A stretch of 64,000 nt of DNA from Octopus sinensis (Eukaryota): the NCBI RefSeq assembly GCF_006345805.1, contig NC_042998.1, positions 21,204,001-21,268,000 on the forward strand, given 5' to 3'. The position numbers were made by a program, and so were the translations under genes. The notes under the pieces were generated by a model. It was not told where the DNA came from. It ran no database searches and saw only the letters and a list, made by a program, of their open reading frames with translations. Below, one piece after another: positions 23,661 to 36,881 of this stretch (positions are counted from its first letter, which is position 1; each line of letters opens with the position of its first letter).

Positions 23661-25228
23661 ATATTTTCACTGAATATTTAGTCGCGTTTTCCACATTGTA
23701 TACCTCAAATATGTTTTTATATGTCAGGGGTAGCTGAAGAATTTCTTTACAGAAAATAGGGTGCTGTCATGATTGCCGAAAAATCAGTTATTTGATTGTA
23801 CACTGGCATTACGTCATGAAGTATTCATTTATCTGTTGTAAATAGTTTAAAAAAACACCAATTGCAGTTGTCATGTGAGCCAGAGGAATGCGAATTGTCT
23901 GTAACTGACATTATGTAGATTGATTTTCAAGTCTATAAGGAAACTATATCAACACCGTAATATGAAACAAGTTTATAGTGATTAATTGAGATATCTGTGG
24001 CTTCAGAATTGATGATGAGAAAACCCAACGAACTTCTTCATGCGCCTCCGAATACTTTTAAAGATTTCTTCCTTTCTGAAGTTAGGAAGAACTTTTTTGG
24101 TTGCTATAGATACTACTGTAGCTCCTATAATATATATAACATAGACAATATTTTTCTGGAGGTATTGGCTGGGGTTATTTATTTCTTCATATGGAATGGA
24201 CTGTTATACGTGGTGAAATGATTCACTCTAACAGCGTTAGTAAAACTGGTCGTGTTGGTGAGCACATGTCTGAAGTTGACGGTGGTAATGGCGACTTGAA
24301 GTTGGTACGATGATGGTGACGACGGCGGCGGAGATAGAAGACGTTCTGTTGCGGGTGTACATTAGCGTCGTCGTAGCTGAAGCAGGAGCATGGATGGTCG
24401 TCTGTCGCTGGAACTGGAACATGTTGAGTAGCTCTGTGGTCAGTGACTAGACCTCAAAATGTCTGAAGTCGAAAGACAGCATTAATTTTCTGTATAATCA
24501 TTCCAGTAAAGCAATCACGATCTCATATTGCATAGAATAATGCAATACAAATCATATTTGTTTCGGTGTTTTGATCTTTGTCAAGTCAAGAAACATCTGT
24601 ACAATATGAATTAATCATTCCTCAACGGCGTTTACTTCTTCATACCGAGAAGACCATATTGTTACACTTTGAGATTGCTCTTTCTTCATTATAATGATTT
24701 CAAAGAATGTATGTTTCTAGAAAGATGTAGGGGCTCGGCGTAGTCCCCAGAAATTGTGGAGTGTTTAGTACCTCTTATTGCAAGATACTTGGTATACCAT
24801 GATAGCTATAGCAAGATTTGAGAGATGTCCTCATCACTAGACATAGACAACTCACAGAAAATATTCATCTTTCTTGTTGCGAAAGCACTATGAACACCTC
24901 TTGAGCTTCCTGTACTATCAAATAAATTCTCCAGCAATTTTAACAATTTTCATATCCATTTTTCTGAGAACATAGCTGTCTAGTTTACAGAGAACGGCCT
25001 CTTCACTCGAAAGCGTTGAATAAAATCTTATGAAAATATTCCTGGTTTCAATGAATCTGGGTTTATCTACTATCGAAGGAAAATGTTTCGATTAAAGATA
25101 TGAAAATTTCAAAAACATAATCATAGTTGATATCAGAAACTCTGAGTTGCTGCTGTACTTTAATCGATCACTTTGAACTGTTCTTCCTTTTTATCCATTA
25201 AACAATAGTATTAAGATAAATATTCTTA

Positions 25229-25393
25229 ACAGGCGTAGGAGTGGCTGTATGGTAAGTAGCTTGCTTACTAACCACATGGTTTCGGGTTCAGTCCCACTGC
25301 GTGACACCTTGGGCAAGTGTCTTCTACTATAGTCTCGGGCCGACCAAAGCCTTGTGAGTGGATTTGATTTACGGAAACCGAAAGAAGCCCGTC

Positions 25394-25435
<42 letters not shown>

Positions 25436-26140
25436 AACTTATAAACAAGGGCGAAAGAAAATGATTTATATGCCAATATGCTGATACTCTCTTTTACTCT
25501 TTTACTCTTTTACTTGTTTCAGTCATTTGACTGCGGCCATGCTGGAGCACCACCTTTAATCGAGAAACTCGACCCCGGGACTTATTCTTTTGTAAGCCCA
25601 GTACTTATTCTATCGGTCTCATTGGCCAAACCGCTAAGTTACGGGGACGTAAACACACCAGCAGCGGTTGTCAAGCAATGCTAGGGGGACAAACAAACAC
25701 AAACACATACACACACATACATATATATATATATATACGACAGTCTTCTTTCAGTTTCCGTCTACCAAATCCACTCACAAGGCATTAATATTAATAGATC
25801 CACAAGGCCAGCATGCCGGGTGAAATGCTTAGCGGTATTTTGTCTGTCGTTACGTTCTGAGTTCAAATTCCGCCGAGGTCGACTTTGCCTTTCATTCTTT
25901 CGGGGTCGGTAAATAAAGTACCAGTTTCGCACCGGGGTCGATGTAATCGACTTAATCCCTTTGTCTGTCCTTGTTTGTCCCCTCTATGTTTTGCCCCTTG
26001 TGGGTAGCAAAGAAATAGATATTAATAGATCCACAAGGCCAGCACGCCGGGTGAAATGCTTAGTGACATTTCGTCCGTTCTAAGTTCAAATTCCGCCAAG
26101 GCCGACTTTGCCTTTCATCCTTTCGGAGTAGATAAAGTAC
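25229..26140. mobile_element. SINE cluster: S1 5' half (+, 25229-25395), S1 (-, 25485-25790), S2 pieces (+, 25810-26140)
   Basis: Direct matches to S1 and S2 motifs. Confidence 0.8.
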
Positions 26141-26391
26141 CAGTTGAATAGTTAATCAACTCATCCCCTCCCCCAAACCTGCTGGCCTTGTGCCAAAATT
26201 TGAAACCAATATTAATAGACTTTCGAGTGAGTGCCTCATCTTTCTAATCCTGGGTCTTTTTTAAATTTTACAATTTTACAAACGAAAACTAACGAAAGAA
26301 AAATTTGAAACTATCGAGCTTTTTTTTGTAAAAGGCAAAAATGAGACCAGGGTGGGAAAAGATAGTTAACTAGTATTAATAAAAAGGTTGG

Positions 26392-26800
26392 TAGGCGCAG
26401 GAGTGGCTGTGTGGTAAGTAGCTTGCTAACGAACTACATGGTCCTGGGTTCAGTCCCACTGCGTGGCATCTTGGGCAAGTGTCTTCTGCTATAGCCCCGG
26501 GCCGACCAATGCCTTGTGAGTGGATTTGGTAGACGGAAACTGAAAAAAGCCTGTCGTATATATGTACATATATATATATATATATATATGTGTGTATGTG
26601 TTTGTGTGTCTGTGTTTGTCCCCCTAGCATTGCTTGACAACCGATGCTGGTGCGTTTACGTCCCTGTCACCTAGCGGTTCGGTAAAAGAGATCGATAGAA
26701 TAAGTACTGGGCTTACAAAGAATAAGTCCCGGGGTCGATTTGCTCGACTAAAGGCGGTGCTCCAGCATGGCCGCAGTCAAATGACTGAAACAAGTAAAAA
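26392..26800 (+). mobile_element. S1 SINE, full length
   Basis: aggcgcaggagtggc..gactgaaacaagtaaaa. Confidence 0.9.
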
Positions 26801-27194
26801 AAAAAGAGTCAAGGATATTTTACGATATTTAATCAGCAGTTAAGCAATTGATTATTACTTTTTTTTTGTTAACTCGCGAATCATTTTTATTTTTTTCTGC
26901 CCATTTATAATCTTCTCCCTTTGCCTAAATTCAAGAATGTAGTCACCCATTGCCCACTGCCTTGTACACTCAGAGATATATGCGTGCATGTAACTGTGTG
27001 TGAGTGTCTGTGTTTGTGTAAACAATCAGTATGTTATGCAGGCAAGAGCAATGCAGATAGAACATTCTCAAAAATTACAAAACCAAAGAGTTTGAAATGT
27101 GATCTAATGAATATTTACGTTGGTTCTTCAGTTTTAAGTTAAAAAATTTCTTCCTTAAAATTATTGGCTTTATTCAAAAATTTGAAACGAACAA

Positions 27195-27424
27195 TTACTC
27201 TTTTACTCTTTTACTTGTTTCAGTCATTTGACTGCGGCCATGCTGGAACACCGCCTTTAGTCGAGCAAATCGACACCGGGACTTATTCTTTGTAAGCTCA
27301 GTACTTATTCTATCGATCTCTTTTGCCGAACCGCTAAGTGACGGGGACGTAAACACACCAGCATCGGTTGTCAAGCAATGCTAGGAGGACAAACACAGAC
27401 ACACAAACATATACACACACATAC

Positions 27425-27475
<51 letters not shown>

Positions 27476-27648
27476 CATACATATATACGACAAGCTTCTT
27501 TCAGTTTCCGTCTACCAAATCTACTCACAAGGCATTGGTCGGCCCGGGGCTATAGTAGAAGACACTTGCCCAAGATGCCACGCAGTGGGACTGAACCTGA
27601 ATCCATGTGGTTGGTTAGCAAGCTACTTACCACACAGCCACTCCTGCA
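27195..27648 (-). mobile_element. S1 SINE, full length
   Basis: Reverse complement of S1; inverted relative to 26392-26800. Confidence 0.9.
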
Positions 27649-28089
27649 ATAATTATCATTATTATTTTTAGAATTTGTATTAATATTATCATTATAATCA
27701 TGAAGTATTATAATTCATTTAAATGGTATTAAACTAGAAAAATAAATGATTATTTTGAATATTTTTTCTTAATAATATTTTTGTTGTTTTTGTAAAATCT
27801 CAGAAGATAATTAAAAATTCACATTATTTGTCAAAATGCAAGAAAGATACATAAAATCACACGTTATTCAGCCGGTGTGATATTGGAATTATCTTGTATG
27901 AAAAGGTATAGTATTTGGGGTTATGATTATGTTCCGTGGGCTATCAGAATCATAGTAAGATGACATATGTGCAAAAAGGAATTGGGCCGTGTACTGCTAT
28001 GTATGATTTTCATAGTATCCATTGGTACGCATATAATTCAAACTTATTGTCAGTTGTGGATATTATTTTCAGAATGACTTATTTTATGA

Positions 28090-28405
28090 GTTACGGAGAT
28101 GTACTTGCATAGCGAGTGACTTGATCTGAGATCGTGTGCTGGAACGAAAACAATTGCAGCGTGGAAGGTGTTTATAAGCCATTTAAGAAACACAAAAACC
28201 GTTAGATTCACTTCAACATTTAGATTTAATTTGTCAAAATATTTTCTTCGCTTTGAGATGCAGCAAGAAGTTTTGTCAGTGAACAGGTCGCGGTTTCAAA
28301 GCGACGAAAATATTTTGACAAATTAAATTTAAATGTTGAAGTGAATCTAACGGTTTTTGTGTGTTTCTTGAATGGTTTATACACACCTTCCACGCTACAA
28401 TTGTT
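28090..28405. mobile_element. Palindromic MITE (related rearranged copies at 44590-44790 and 45050-45180)
   Basis: Inverted arms caattgcagcgtggaaggtg..ttcaacatttaRatttaatttgtcaaaatattttc and their reverse complement. Confidence 0.75.
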
Positions 28406-28567
28406 TATTTTATGAGGCTTACTGCTATTACTGATCGTAACTATGATGTATTTGCTTATGTTCTTGCATTTTCCAAGATGTTGCTGGAAAAGATGATGTG
28501 CATTGTTAAGATTCGAATCTGTAATGGCTGAACGCATTTGACGTATTATGCCTGCTATACAGCATAA

Positions 28568-28873
28568 TCTTTATATATAAAATTGAAGTTGTGTGTGTGA
28601 GACTCTGTCTCCTCCGATTTAGATTCCTAATTACTCCCACATTTTGCGGTGCAGTTTAACCAAAAGCAGGTATATTATAGTCGTCATTCATATCGAGCCC
28701 TTCTGGGTATTAGCGCGCGTCTACGATGAGTCTACGATTTAAAAAAAAATTTACCATCATTTTTCCGCATTTTTAATGATTTTTGCTTGGATTATATAAG
28801 GGAAGTAACTCTCTAAAATGTTTATATAGTTATTTCCCTTACAAAGCCGAGCAACGCCGGGCGATACTGCTAG
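28568..28873 (+). mobile_element. Non-autonomous Helitron (type B, shortened)
   Basis: A|TC start, hairpin + CTAG|T end. Confidence 0.8.
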
Positions 28874-29261
28874 TTATGTATAAGTCTGTATTGCGTTAGT
28901 TGTTGGGAAGTCAATTCTTTGATAAACATTTCCGATAGGAAAGTCCTCAGTAGGTCAGCTCTAAATCATTCTATTCCTTAAGGATAACTTTGCAGATGTT
29001 CATGGTTTTACTTAGCAGTAAATTTAGACGCTCAGTGCGTTGTTGTTCAAGAGTGAGGGTTATAACACTGTTTCGCTGCATCTGAACTGAATATAGGTGA
29101 TATCGATTTTTCTTCTGAACCCAGCCTTATCAATAATAAAGAGACCTGGTGTAAATCGAAGAATAATCTCAACACGCCTCTTTATTGTATAATCTGGTGT
29201 TGATGTTATTGAAACCAAATCACAATTTTGCTGCTACGTATAGATATATAATTTCTGCTCA

Positions 29262-29645
29262 TCTTTATATATAAAAGTGAAGTTGTGTGTCTGTCTCCTA
29301 CGATTTAGATTCCTAACTACTCCCACATTTTGCGGTGCAGTGTAACCAAAAGCGGGTATCTTATAGTCGGGATTCATAGCGAGCCCTTCTGGGTATTAGC
29401 GCGCGTCTACGATTAAAAAAAAAATTACCATCATTTTTTCCCATTTTTAATGCATTTTTTTGCTATTATATAAAGGAAGTAACTCTCTAAAAATGTATTA
29501 TTAAATCTCAGAACGTAAAAAGCTACAGTAACACCCCACCTTTGTGGTTAGCCATATTGAGATGGCTATTATACTTTACATCTCTAAAAATGCTTATATA
29601 ATTATTTCCCTTACAAACCCGAGCAACGCCGGGCGATACTGCTAG
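29262..29645 (+). mobile_element. Non-autonomous Helitron (type B)
   Basis: A|TC start, CCCGAGCAACGCCGGG hairpin, CTAG|T end. Confidence 0.82.
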
Positions 29646-30252
29646 TTTAATGTAAAATCTTTAGATTAAAATGATTGCATGCTACGTAGGCGAAAAATAA
29701 ACAAGTAATAAGAAATGAAAGGAGGGGTGTCACACACCTTCCTTGACATTTTGAAATTATGAATGTCAGCTAAATAGACTTATCAGTAAAACAGACATTA
29801 GTCACTAAACAGAATAGATCTGAACTGATAACAGCAGTGTCAAGATGATGCACACCAGAACACACAAAATAAATAAAAATAAAACAGCACTTTATGCATT
29901 TATACGAGATAAGATCAATAAGTATCCGGACTGTTGCAATAGTAACGAAGCTAAAACACGCAGAGTGAAGCTGGTTGGCAAAGATTGACCTTGATCTCTG
30001 CTGTGCATGCGTAAGAAAGTCTTTTTATGTTTCAAGCCTACGCTCTTGAACAGAAAGGAACACGATGAAAAAAACAGAGAGAAAATATTTAAAAAAAACA
30101 TACATAAGCATGTATATGAGTGTATATACATCTGCATATATATATATATATATAACGGGAAGCTTTATGAAAATAGACAAAAGACGAAGGCAGGTGGAAA
30201 ACAAACGAACAATTGTATTAGTATGGCGCTCAGGAAATATAAATAAAACAAG

Positions 30253-30290
30253 TCTTTAACGTTTCGAGCCTACGCTCTTCAACAGAAAGA
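30253..30290 (-). ncRNA. Hammerhead ribozyme variant (CUGUUGA core) in the PLE terminal repeat
   Basis: TCTTT-CTGTTGA-A-GAGCgtagGCTC-GAAA-CG-TT-AAAGA. Confidence 0.6.
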
Positions 30291-33200
30291 TACACAGAGA
30301 GAAAAAAAACACAGAAAGAAGGAGAGAAAATAAATGCGTGCAGTAGCTAACGAATCAACATGGCGATCTGATTTCGGCCAGAGGTCAAAGATCAAACATG
30401 AGACGCGAGAGCGAAATAAGGGGAGATAATAGGGTTGATAATATGGTTGAAAGACCAGCTAATAGTGCGTAGGAGGGGTCTGGACGTGTGTATGTATAGG
30501 GTTGGTGTATGTATTAGTATGTATAAGGGTGTGTGTGTGTGTGTGTGTGTATGAGAGAGTATTAGTGCGTAGGATTGGTGTGGACGTGCGTATGTATGGG
30601 GTTGGTGTATGTATTAGTATGTATTAGTATGTATAAGTGTGTGTGTGTGTATGAGGGAGTATAAGTGCGTAGGAGGGGTCTGGACGTGTGTATGTATAGG
30701 GTTGGTGTATGTATTAGTATGTATTAGTATGTATTAGTACGTATTAGTATGTATTAGTTGGTGTATGTATTAGTATGGCACATCATATATGATGTGATGT
30801 GTGAAGTCGTGTGGTGTAGTGAGGAGAGAGGGGGGGGGAAGGGGGAGAGGAGAGGGGGAGGAGAGGGGGAAGAGGAGAGGATGGGGAGAGAGAGGAGGGG
30901 GGAGAAGGAAGGGGGGAGGAGGGGGAAAAGGAGGAAAGAGGGGAGGGGGAGGGGGAGGGGGAGGGGGAGTGAGGGAGCAGAGGGAAGGGGAAAGGGAAGG
31001 AGGGAGGGAGAAAGAGGGAAGAAGGGAAGGGGAGTAGGGGTGAAAGGATGAGGACTGAAGAATTAGGGGTCGGGGGGAAAAGGATAGGTGAGGAGGGGGA
31101 GAGGGGGGTTAGATGAGGAGGGGGGAGAGTTGAGACCAAATGGCGTATAAGAGCGAAGAGAGAAGATTAATTCCTGTTCACTCACGGCGCAACGGGAATC
31201 CGGATGGCCTCTGTGTAAGGACAACCGAACACAGATAGGTGTTGCAAGGAGTGACCGGTGGAGCGGAAATGGCGTGAGACCGGTGTGTCGTTCGCAAGGT
31301 GGATGTCACGAAGGTGTTCCGCGAACCGGTCAGCCAAGCGGCGTCCCGTTTGTCCGATGTACAAGGAATTGCAGAAAGAGCAAGAGATGCAATAGATAAT
31401 ATTGCTGGAGGTGCAGGTGAAGGAGTGGATGATGGGATAGGGTCGATGGTGGGTGCTAGTGAGGGGGGTGGTGTTGGAGAGGTAAGGGCAGTGCGGCAAC
31501 GTGGGCGGGAGCAGGGAAACGAGCCGGGTTGGGAGGTAGGGTCAGGGAAGAGCTATGGACCAAAAGGTCTCGAAGGTTGTGGGCTCGTTTGAAAGAGGGG
31601 AGGGGTCGGTTAGGGAAGAGGTGTGAAGTGGACGGTCGGACTGGAGATGACGGAAAGCTCGAAGAATGGTGCGTTGGAGACGTAGGGTCGTGGGGTGGTA
31701 AGTGAGGGGAAAAAGGAGGCGGGAGACTACAGGGCGCGTTCGGGAGAGAGAGACAGATACACGGTCCACGGACCGTGCTCTGGCAAGGGCGGTGTGGATA
31801 GTGGTGAGGGGGTATCCACGTAGGGTGAAGTGGTGAGCCATACGTTGAGACTGAGTCTCAAAGTCATGGTCGTCACTACAGAGCCTACGTAGACGGAGGA
31901 ATTGGGAATAGGGGATGGAAAGCTTGGTGTGTTTCTGGTGGTGGGAGGAAGAGAAGTTGAGGTATGAGTGTGAGTCTGTGTGTTTGTAGTGAATGGAGGT
32001 GGTAAGAGTGGAGTGAAGAATGCTAACCGAAATGTCGAGGAAGGAGACAGAGGTGTTGGAGATAGTGGAAGTGAAGTGGAGGGCTGGATGGAAAGATTGG
32101 ACGAAAGAGAGGAAGGAATCTAGATGTTCGCGGAGAGTGAGGTGGCACCGATAATGTCGTCAATGTAACGACCATATAGTTCAGGAGTGGGACCAGTGAA
32201 ATTAGAGAATATTTGGGCCTCAACATAGCCAACGAACAGGTTCGCATAGTTGGGGCCCATTCGCGTTCCCATGGCCACTCCCGAGACCTGATGGTAGAAC
32301 TCGCCCGCGAACGAGAAGCAGTTCAGAGTAAGGACAAGTTCGGCCAGACGAATGTGTGTGGAGGTGTCAGGTACAGGGTTAGAGCGGAGGTCAAGAAAGT
32401 GTCGAAAGGCCTGCAGTCCTTCGTGGTGAGGGATAACAGTATAGAGGCTTTGGATGTCCATAGTAAAAAGGATTTTGGAGGAGCCGGGAGGAAAGGAGAA
32501 AGAGTTGAAAAGCCGGAGAGCATGGTTGGTATCGTGGATGTGGGAGGGAAGAGATGCCACTAGGGGTCAAGGACACGGTCGAGGTATTTAGAGATGAGCT
32601 CCGTGGGGAAGTTACAGGCGGAGACGATGGGACGGCCAGGGTTGTTGGGTTTGTGGATTTTGGGGAGGAAGTAAATGGTGGGGGTACGTGGGGTTCGCAC
32701 AATTAGGTTGGATGCGGTGCGGGGGAGACGGGAGGACGAGATGAGGTCGTGGACAGTAGAGGATACCGTCTGTTGGTAGCTACGTGTGGGGTTAGAGGGC
32801 AGAGGGGAATAGAAGGATGTGTCATTGAGTTGGCGGAAAGCCTCGGCCCTATAGAGGTCCGCGCGCCACACCACTACAGCTCCACCCTTGTCAGCCGGTT
32901 TGATGATAATGTCAGCGCGCCGTTGGAGGGAACAGAGAGCCAAGAGCTCAGCCGGGGAGATGTTGAGGCGGCGTTGGCGCCTGGAGAAGTTGAACCGCTC
33001 CAATGCACGCTGACAAGCGCCCGCGAAAAGATCCACTGCTAGGATCTGGCCAGGGGCAGGCGTCCACGGGGATGGTCGGCGGCCCAGGCCAGTGAAGCAG
33101 TCTCTTCGTTGGGTGTGGGTGGCGAGTCGTGGTAATGCGCACCCAACCGGACACGGCGCACAAAGAGCTGTGGACATCAACTCGCGTCTGGAATTCCTTA

Positions 33201-34736
33201 CAGGATGGAGTGAGGGGGATGAAACGCAGACCCCTACCAAGGACGGAGCGTTCAGCCGCAGAGAGGGGAAGATCGGGGGAATGGTAACAACAGACGGAAG
33301 TGGAGAAGGGGTGGGTGGAATAGAAGTAGGAGGGGTGGTAGGTCTCGTGGAGGTCTGAGGGGGAGGGATTGGGGAGGTGTGTGGGGGTGGTTGGGCGGGG
33401 CAGTAGGGTTAGGTGTAGGTGGATGGAGCCTATCGGGAGGGGAGAAGGGGTTGTAGGGAGGGGCAGTGGGGTTAGGTGTGGGTGGATGGAGCCTATCGGG
33501 AGGGGAGAAGGGTGGTGGAGGAGTTGGGGTAGTGGCGTCGGGTAGCGTGGAATGGAAGAGTGATTGGAGTTTACGAAGTTTGGTATCAGAAAGAAATTGA
33601 TGGAAGAGTTGATTCAAATGGATAATGAAGCGTAGCGTGTTTGGAGCATAGAGAGGCGGCAGAGAGGAGAAGACGGTGGAGAAAGCAGGAGGAAGAAGGC
33701 GGTTGATGGCATGTAGTTTGGAGAGATTGGAGCGAATGGTGGCCCGCATAAGGCGGTAAGATGTGGTGCGGAGTATGGGTAAGATGGAAGAATCCGAGTG
33801 GAGAGCAGGGTGGAAGTGGAGGCGGAAACCTTTAGGGATGAGTCGGTGATGTAGGCAGCGGCTTAGGAAAGAGACATGGCTAGAGAAGCGGGTTTTTTTA
33901 AAAAGAAGTAGAGAGAGATTAACGGACGGCTGAAGGCAATATACAGGAAGTGAACGGAGATGATCCTTCAAACGGTGATGGAGGGTGAGGAGGTAGGACC
34001 TAGGATCCGGCATGATGGGATAGCGGAAAAAAAAACGTTCGAAAAAACAAAAAAAACAAAAAACAAAAATTATCGTATGAAAAAAATAGAAAAAAAGGAT
34101 AGCGAAAAAAGGGGAAAAAACAAACGTTCAAAAAAACAAAAAATAATAATCGTATGAAAAAACTAGATAAGTAAGCGATAGGGGCAGAAAAGACGGGGTA
34201 AACGGAAAAGGGAAAGAAAGAAGGGAAGCAGAGAGAGGGGGAGGCAAAAAAAGGGGGGTGCAGGTAGAGGAAACGGAGTATGGACATCCAGAGAGGGAAG
34301 AAAGACAGAAAGGAGAACAAAAATGCAGGAAAATGTGGAAAGCATGAAATGAATGTAAAAAAAGTGGTAATATAAGAGAAAATAAAAATACAACAAACGG
34401 GACAGTTTATGCGAACAAGTTCAAGGTTGAAAGTTCAAGGTGAGAGATGTGTGTAGACGTCGTGGTATATTTTTTAAGGATTTCACATCAATGCAAAGTC
34501 ACTTTGATCCGCGAAAGAGAGGTGCAGCCAATGGTAAGTATCCAAGAGGTAAAGAAAATCCAAGGTAGAGGTAAGTGTTGATAGTGGCATTGGTAGAATA
34601 TAGGATGAAAGTGAGACCACGTGAGCGCATAATATATAACGGGAAGCTTTATGAAAATAGACAAAAGACGAAGGCAGGTGGAAAACAAACGAACAATTGT
34701 ATTAGTATGGCGCTCAGGAAATATAAATAAAACAAG

Positions 34737-34774
34737 TCTTTAACGTTTCGAGCCTACGCTCTTCAACAGAAAGA
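34737..34774 (-). ncRNA. Hammerhead ribozyme variant, identical to 30253-30290
   Basis: Same 38-mer in the upstream terminal repeat. Confidence 0.6.
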
Positions 34775-35829
34775 TACACAGAGAGAAAAAAAAACACAGA
34801 AAAAAGGAGAGAAAAAAAATGCGTCCAGTAGCTAACGAATCAAATCAACATGGCGATCTGATTTCGGCCAGAGGTCAAAGATCAAACATGAGCCGCGAGA
34901 GCGAAATAAGGGGAGATAATAGGGTTGATAATATGGTTGAAGGACCAGCTAATAGTGCGTAGGAGGGGTCTGGACGTGTGTATGTATAGGGTTGGTGTAT
35001 GTATTAGTATGTATGAGGGTGTGTGTGTGTGTGTGTGTGTATGAGAGAGTATTAGTGCGTAGGATTGGTGTGGACGTGTGTATGTATGGGGTTGGTGTAT
35101 GTATTAGTATGGCACATCATATATGATGTGATGTGTGAAGTCGTGTGGTGTAGTGAGGAGAAGAGGGGGAGAAGGGGGAGGAGGAGAGGGGGAAGAGGAG
35201 AGGATGTGGGAGAGAGAGGAGGGGGAGAAGGAAGGGGAGGAGGGAGGAGGAAGGAGGAAAGAGGGAGAGGGGGAGTGAGGGAGCAGAGGGAAGGGGAAGA
35301 GGGAAGGAGGGAGGGAGAAAGAGGGAAGAAGGGAAGGGGAGTAGGGGTGAAAGGATGAAGGACTGAAGAAGTAGGGGTCGGGGGTAAAAGGATAGGTGAG
35401 GAGGGGGAGAGGGGGGTTAGATGAGGAGGGGGGAGAGTTGAGACCAAATGGCGTATAAGAGCGAAGAGAGAAGATTAATTCCTGTTCACGGTGCAAACGG
35501 GAATCCGGATGGCCTCTGTGTAAGGACAAACCGAACACAGATAGGTGTTGCAAGGAGTGACCGGTGGAGCGGAAATGGCGTGAGACCGGTGTGTCGTTCG
35601 CAAGGTGGATGTCACGAAGGTGTTCCGCGAACCGGTCAGCCAAGCGGCGTCCCGTTTGTCCGATGTACAAGGAATTGCAGAGAGAGCAAGAGATGCAATA
35701 GATAATATTGCTGGAGGTGCAGGTGAAGGAGTGGATGATGGGATAGGGTCGATGGTGGGTGCTAGTGAGGCGGGTGGTGTTGGAGAGGTAAGGGCAAGTG
35801 CGGCAACGTGGGCAGGAGCAGGGATATAT

Positions 35830-35993
35830 GTACATATATAGATGTATTTGTATAGATGTATAAGTATACATGCATATGTATAGATATATTTGTATATATG
35901 TACATGTATGTATATATGTGTATATATATGTATATATATATGTATGTATATATGTATAAATATATGTATGCATGTATATATATACATATGTGT

Positions 35994-36031
<38 letters not shown>

Positions 36032-36240
36032 TATATATATATATACATATATATTATATATATATATATATAGATGTATATATATAGATGTATATGTATA
36101 TATATGTATATGTATATATATGTATATATATACTTAAGTGTGTATATATATATATTTATGTATATATATATGTATAGATGAATATGTATATATGTATATA
36201 TATACATAGATGTATACGTATAGATTTATATGTATATATA

Positions 36241-36284
<44 letters not shown>

Positions 36285-36489
36285 GACCAATATGTATATA
36301 TGTATATATATAGATGAGTATCTATATATATATATCTATATGTATATATATATATATATACGTATATATATTTATCTATATATGTATATGTATGTATATA
36401 TATATGTATATTTATATGTTTATGTATACATATATATATATATATACGCATATGTATATATATATATATATATATACGTAAATGTATAA

Positions 36490-36527
<38 letters not shown>

Positions 36528-36650
36528 GTATATATATGTTTTGTATCGTCTCCTAAATGTTTTGCGTTCTTGTTCCAGTTTGTATTTTTATACATATATA
36601 TATATGTATATATAGATCTATATGTACATATATTTATATGTATGCATGTA
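35830..36650. repeat. (TA)/(TG) simple-repeat array
   Basis: Direct inspection. Confidence 0.95.
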
Positions 36651-36881
36651 TGTATATTCTAGTAAAGGTAATACACCCCATTAAGTGATCATAAATCCAA
36701 TGAAAATACTGGTTACTTACCAATTTATAGAAAGTTCAATTATAAGGTAACCATATAAACCGTGGTTCATATATTTGTATATTTAAAGAAGATAATGGAG
36801 AGGTAATTAATAAAATTATTTATTAATTATAAAATACGACAACGTCTCTGACAGCTGTTTCGAATCAGAAATCTTAGGTAA

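Larger units (their letters stand above)
30147..35823 (-). mobile_element. Near full-length Penelope-like retroelement in partial-tandem arrangement (full unit ~30147-34630 plus 5'-truncated repeat 34631-35823)
   Basis: Frameshifted ORF 34013 to ~31100: N-term FLSRCLHHRLIPKG, RT GVAMGTRMGPNYANLF / RYIDDI, GIY-YIG NIIYCISC..C..LYIGQTGRRLADRFAEH. A ~1.2-1.3 kb 3' segment is directly repeated. Confidence 0.92.

Noticed and set aside
24237-24422. GC-richer stretch with a 61-aa ORF
   Set aside because: No recognisable motif or splice signals.
24880-25130. Possible mariner transposase remnant (NESGFIYYRR-like)
   Set aside because: Similarity is too weak to call without a search.
28226-28537. 103-aa ORF and a minus-strand donor, considered as an inverted paralogue of dispanin exon 2
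   Set aside because: Mostly MITE sequence; no frame resembles the Pro-rich exon.
36848-36872. GAAA-CAGCTG-TC half motif on the minus strand (similar GAAA-CAGCTG-TA at 7033-7049)
   Set aside because: Only the 3' half of a hammerhead; no CUGANGA partner found.
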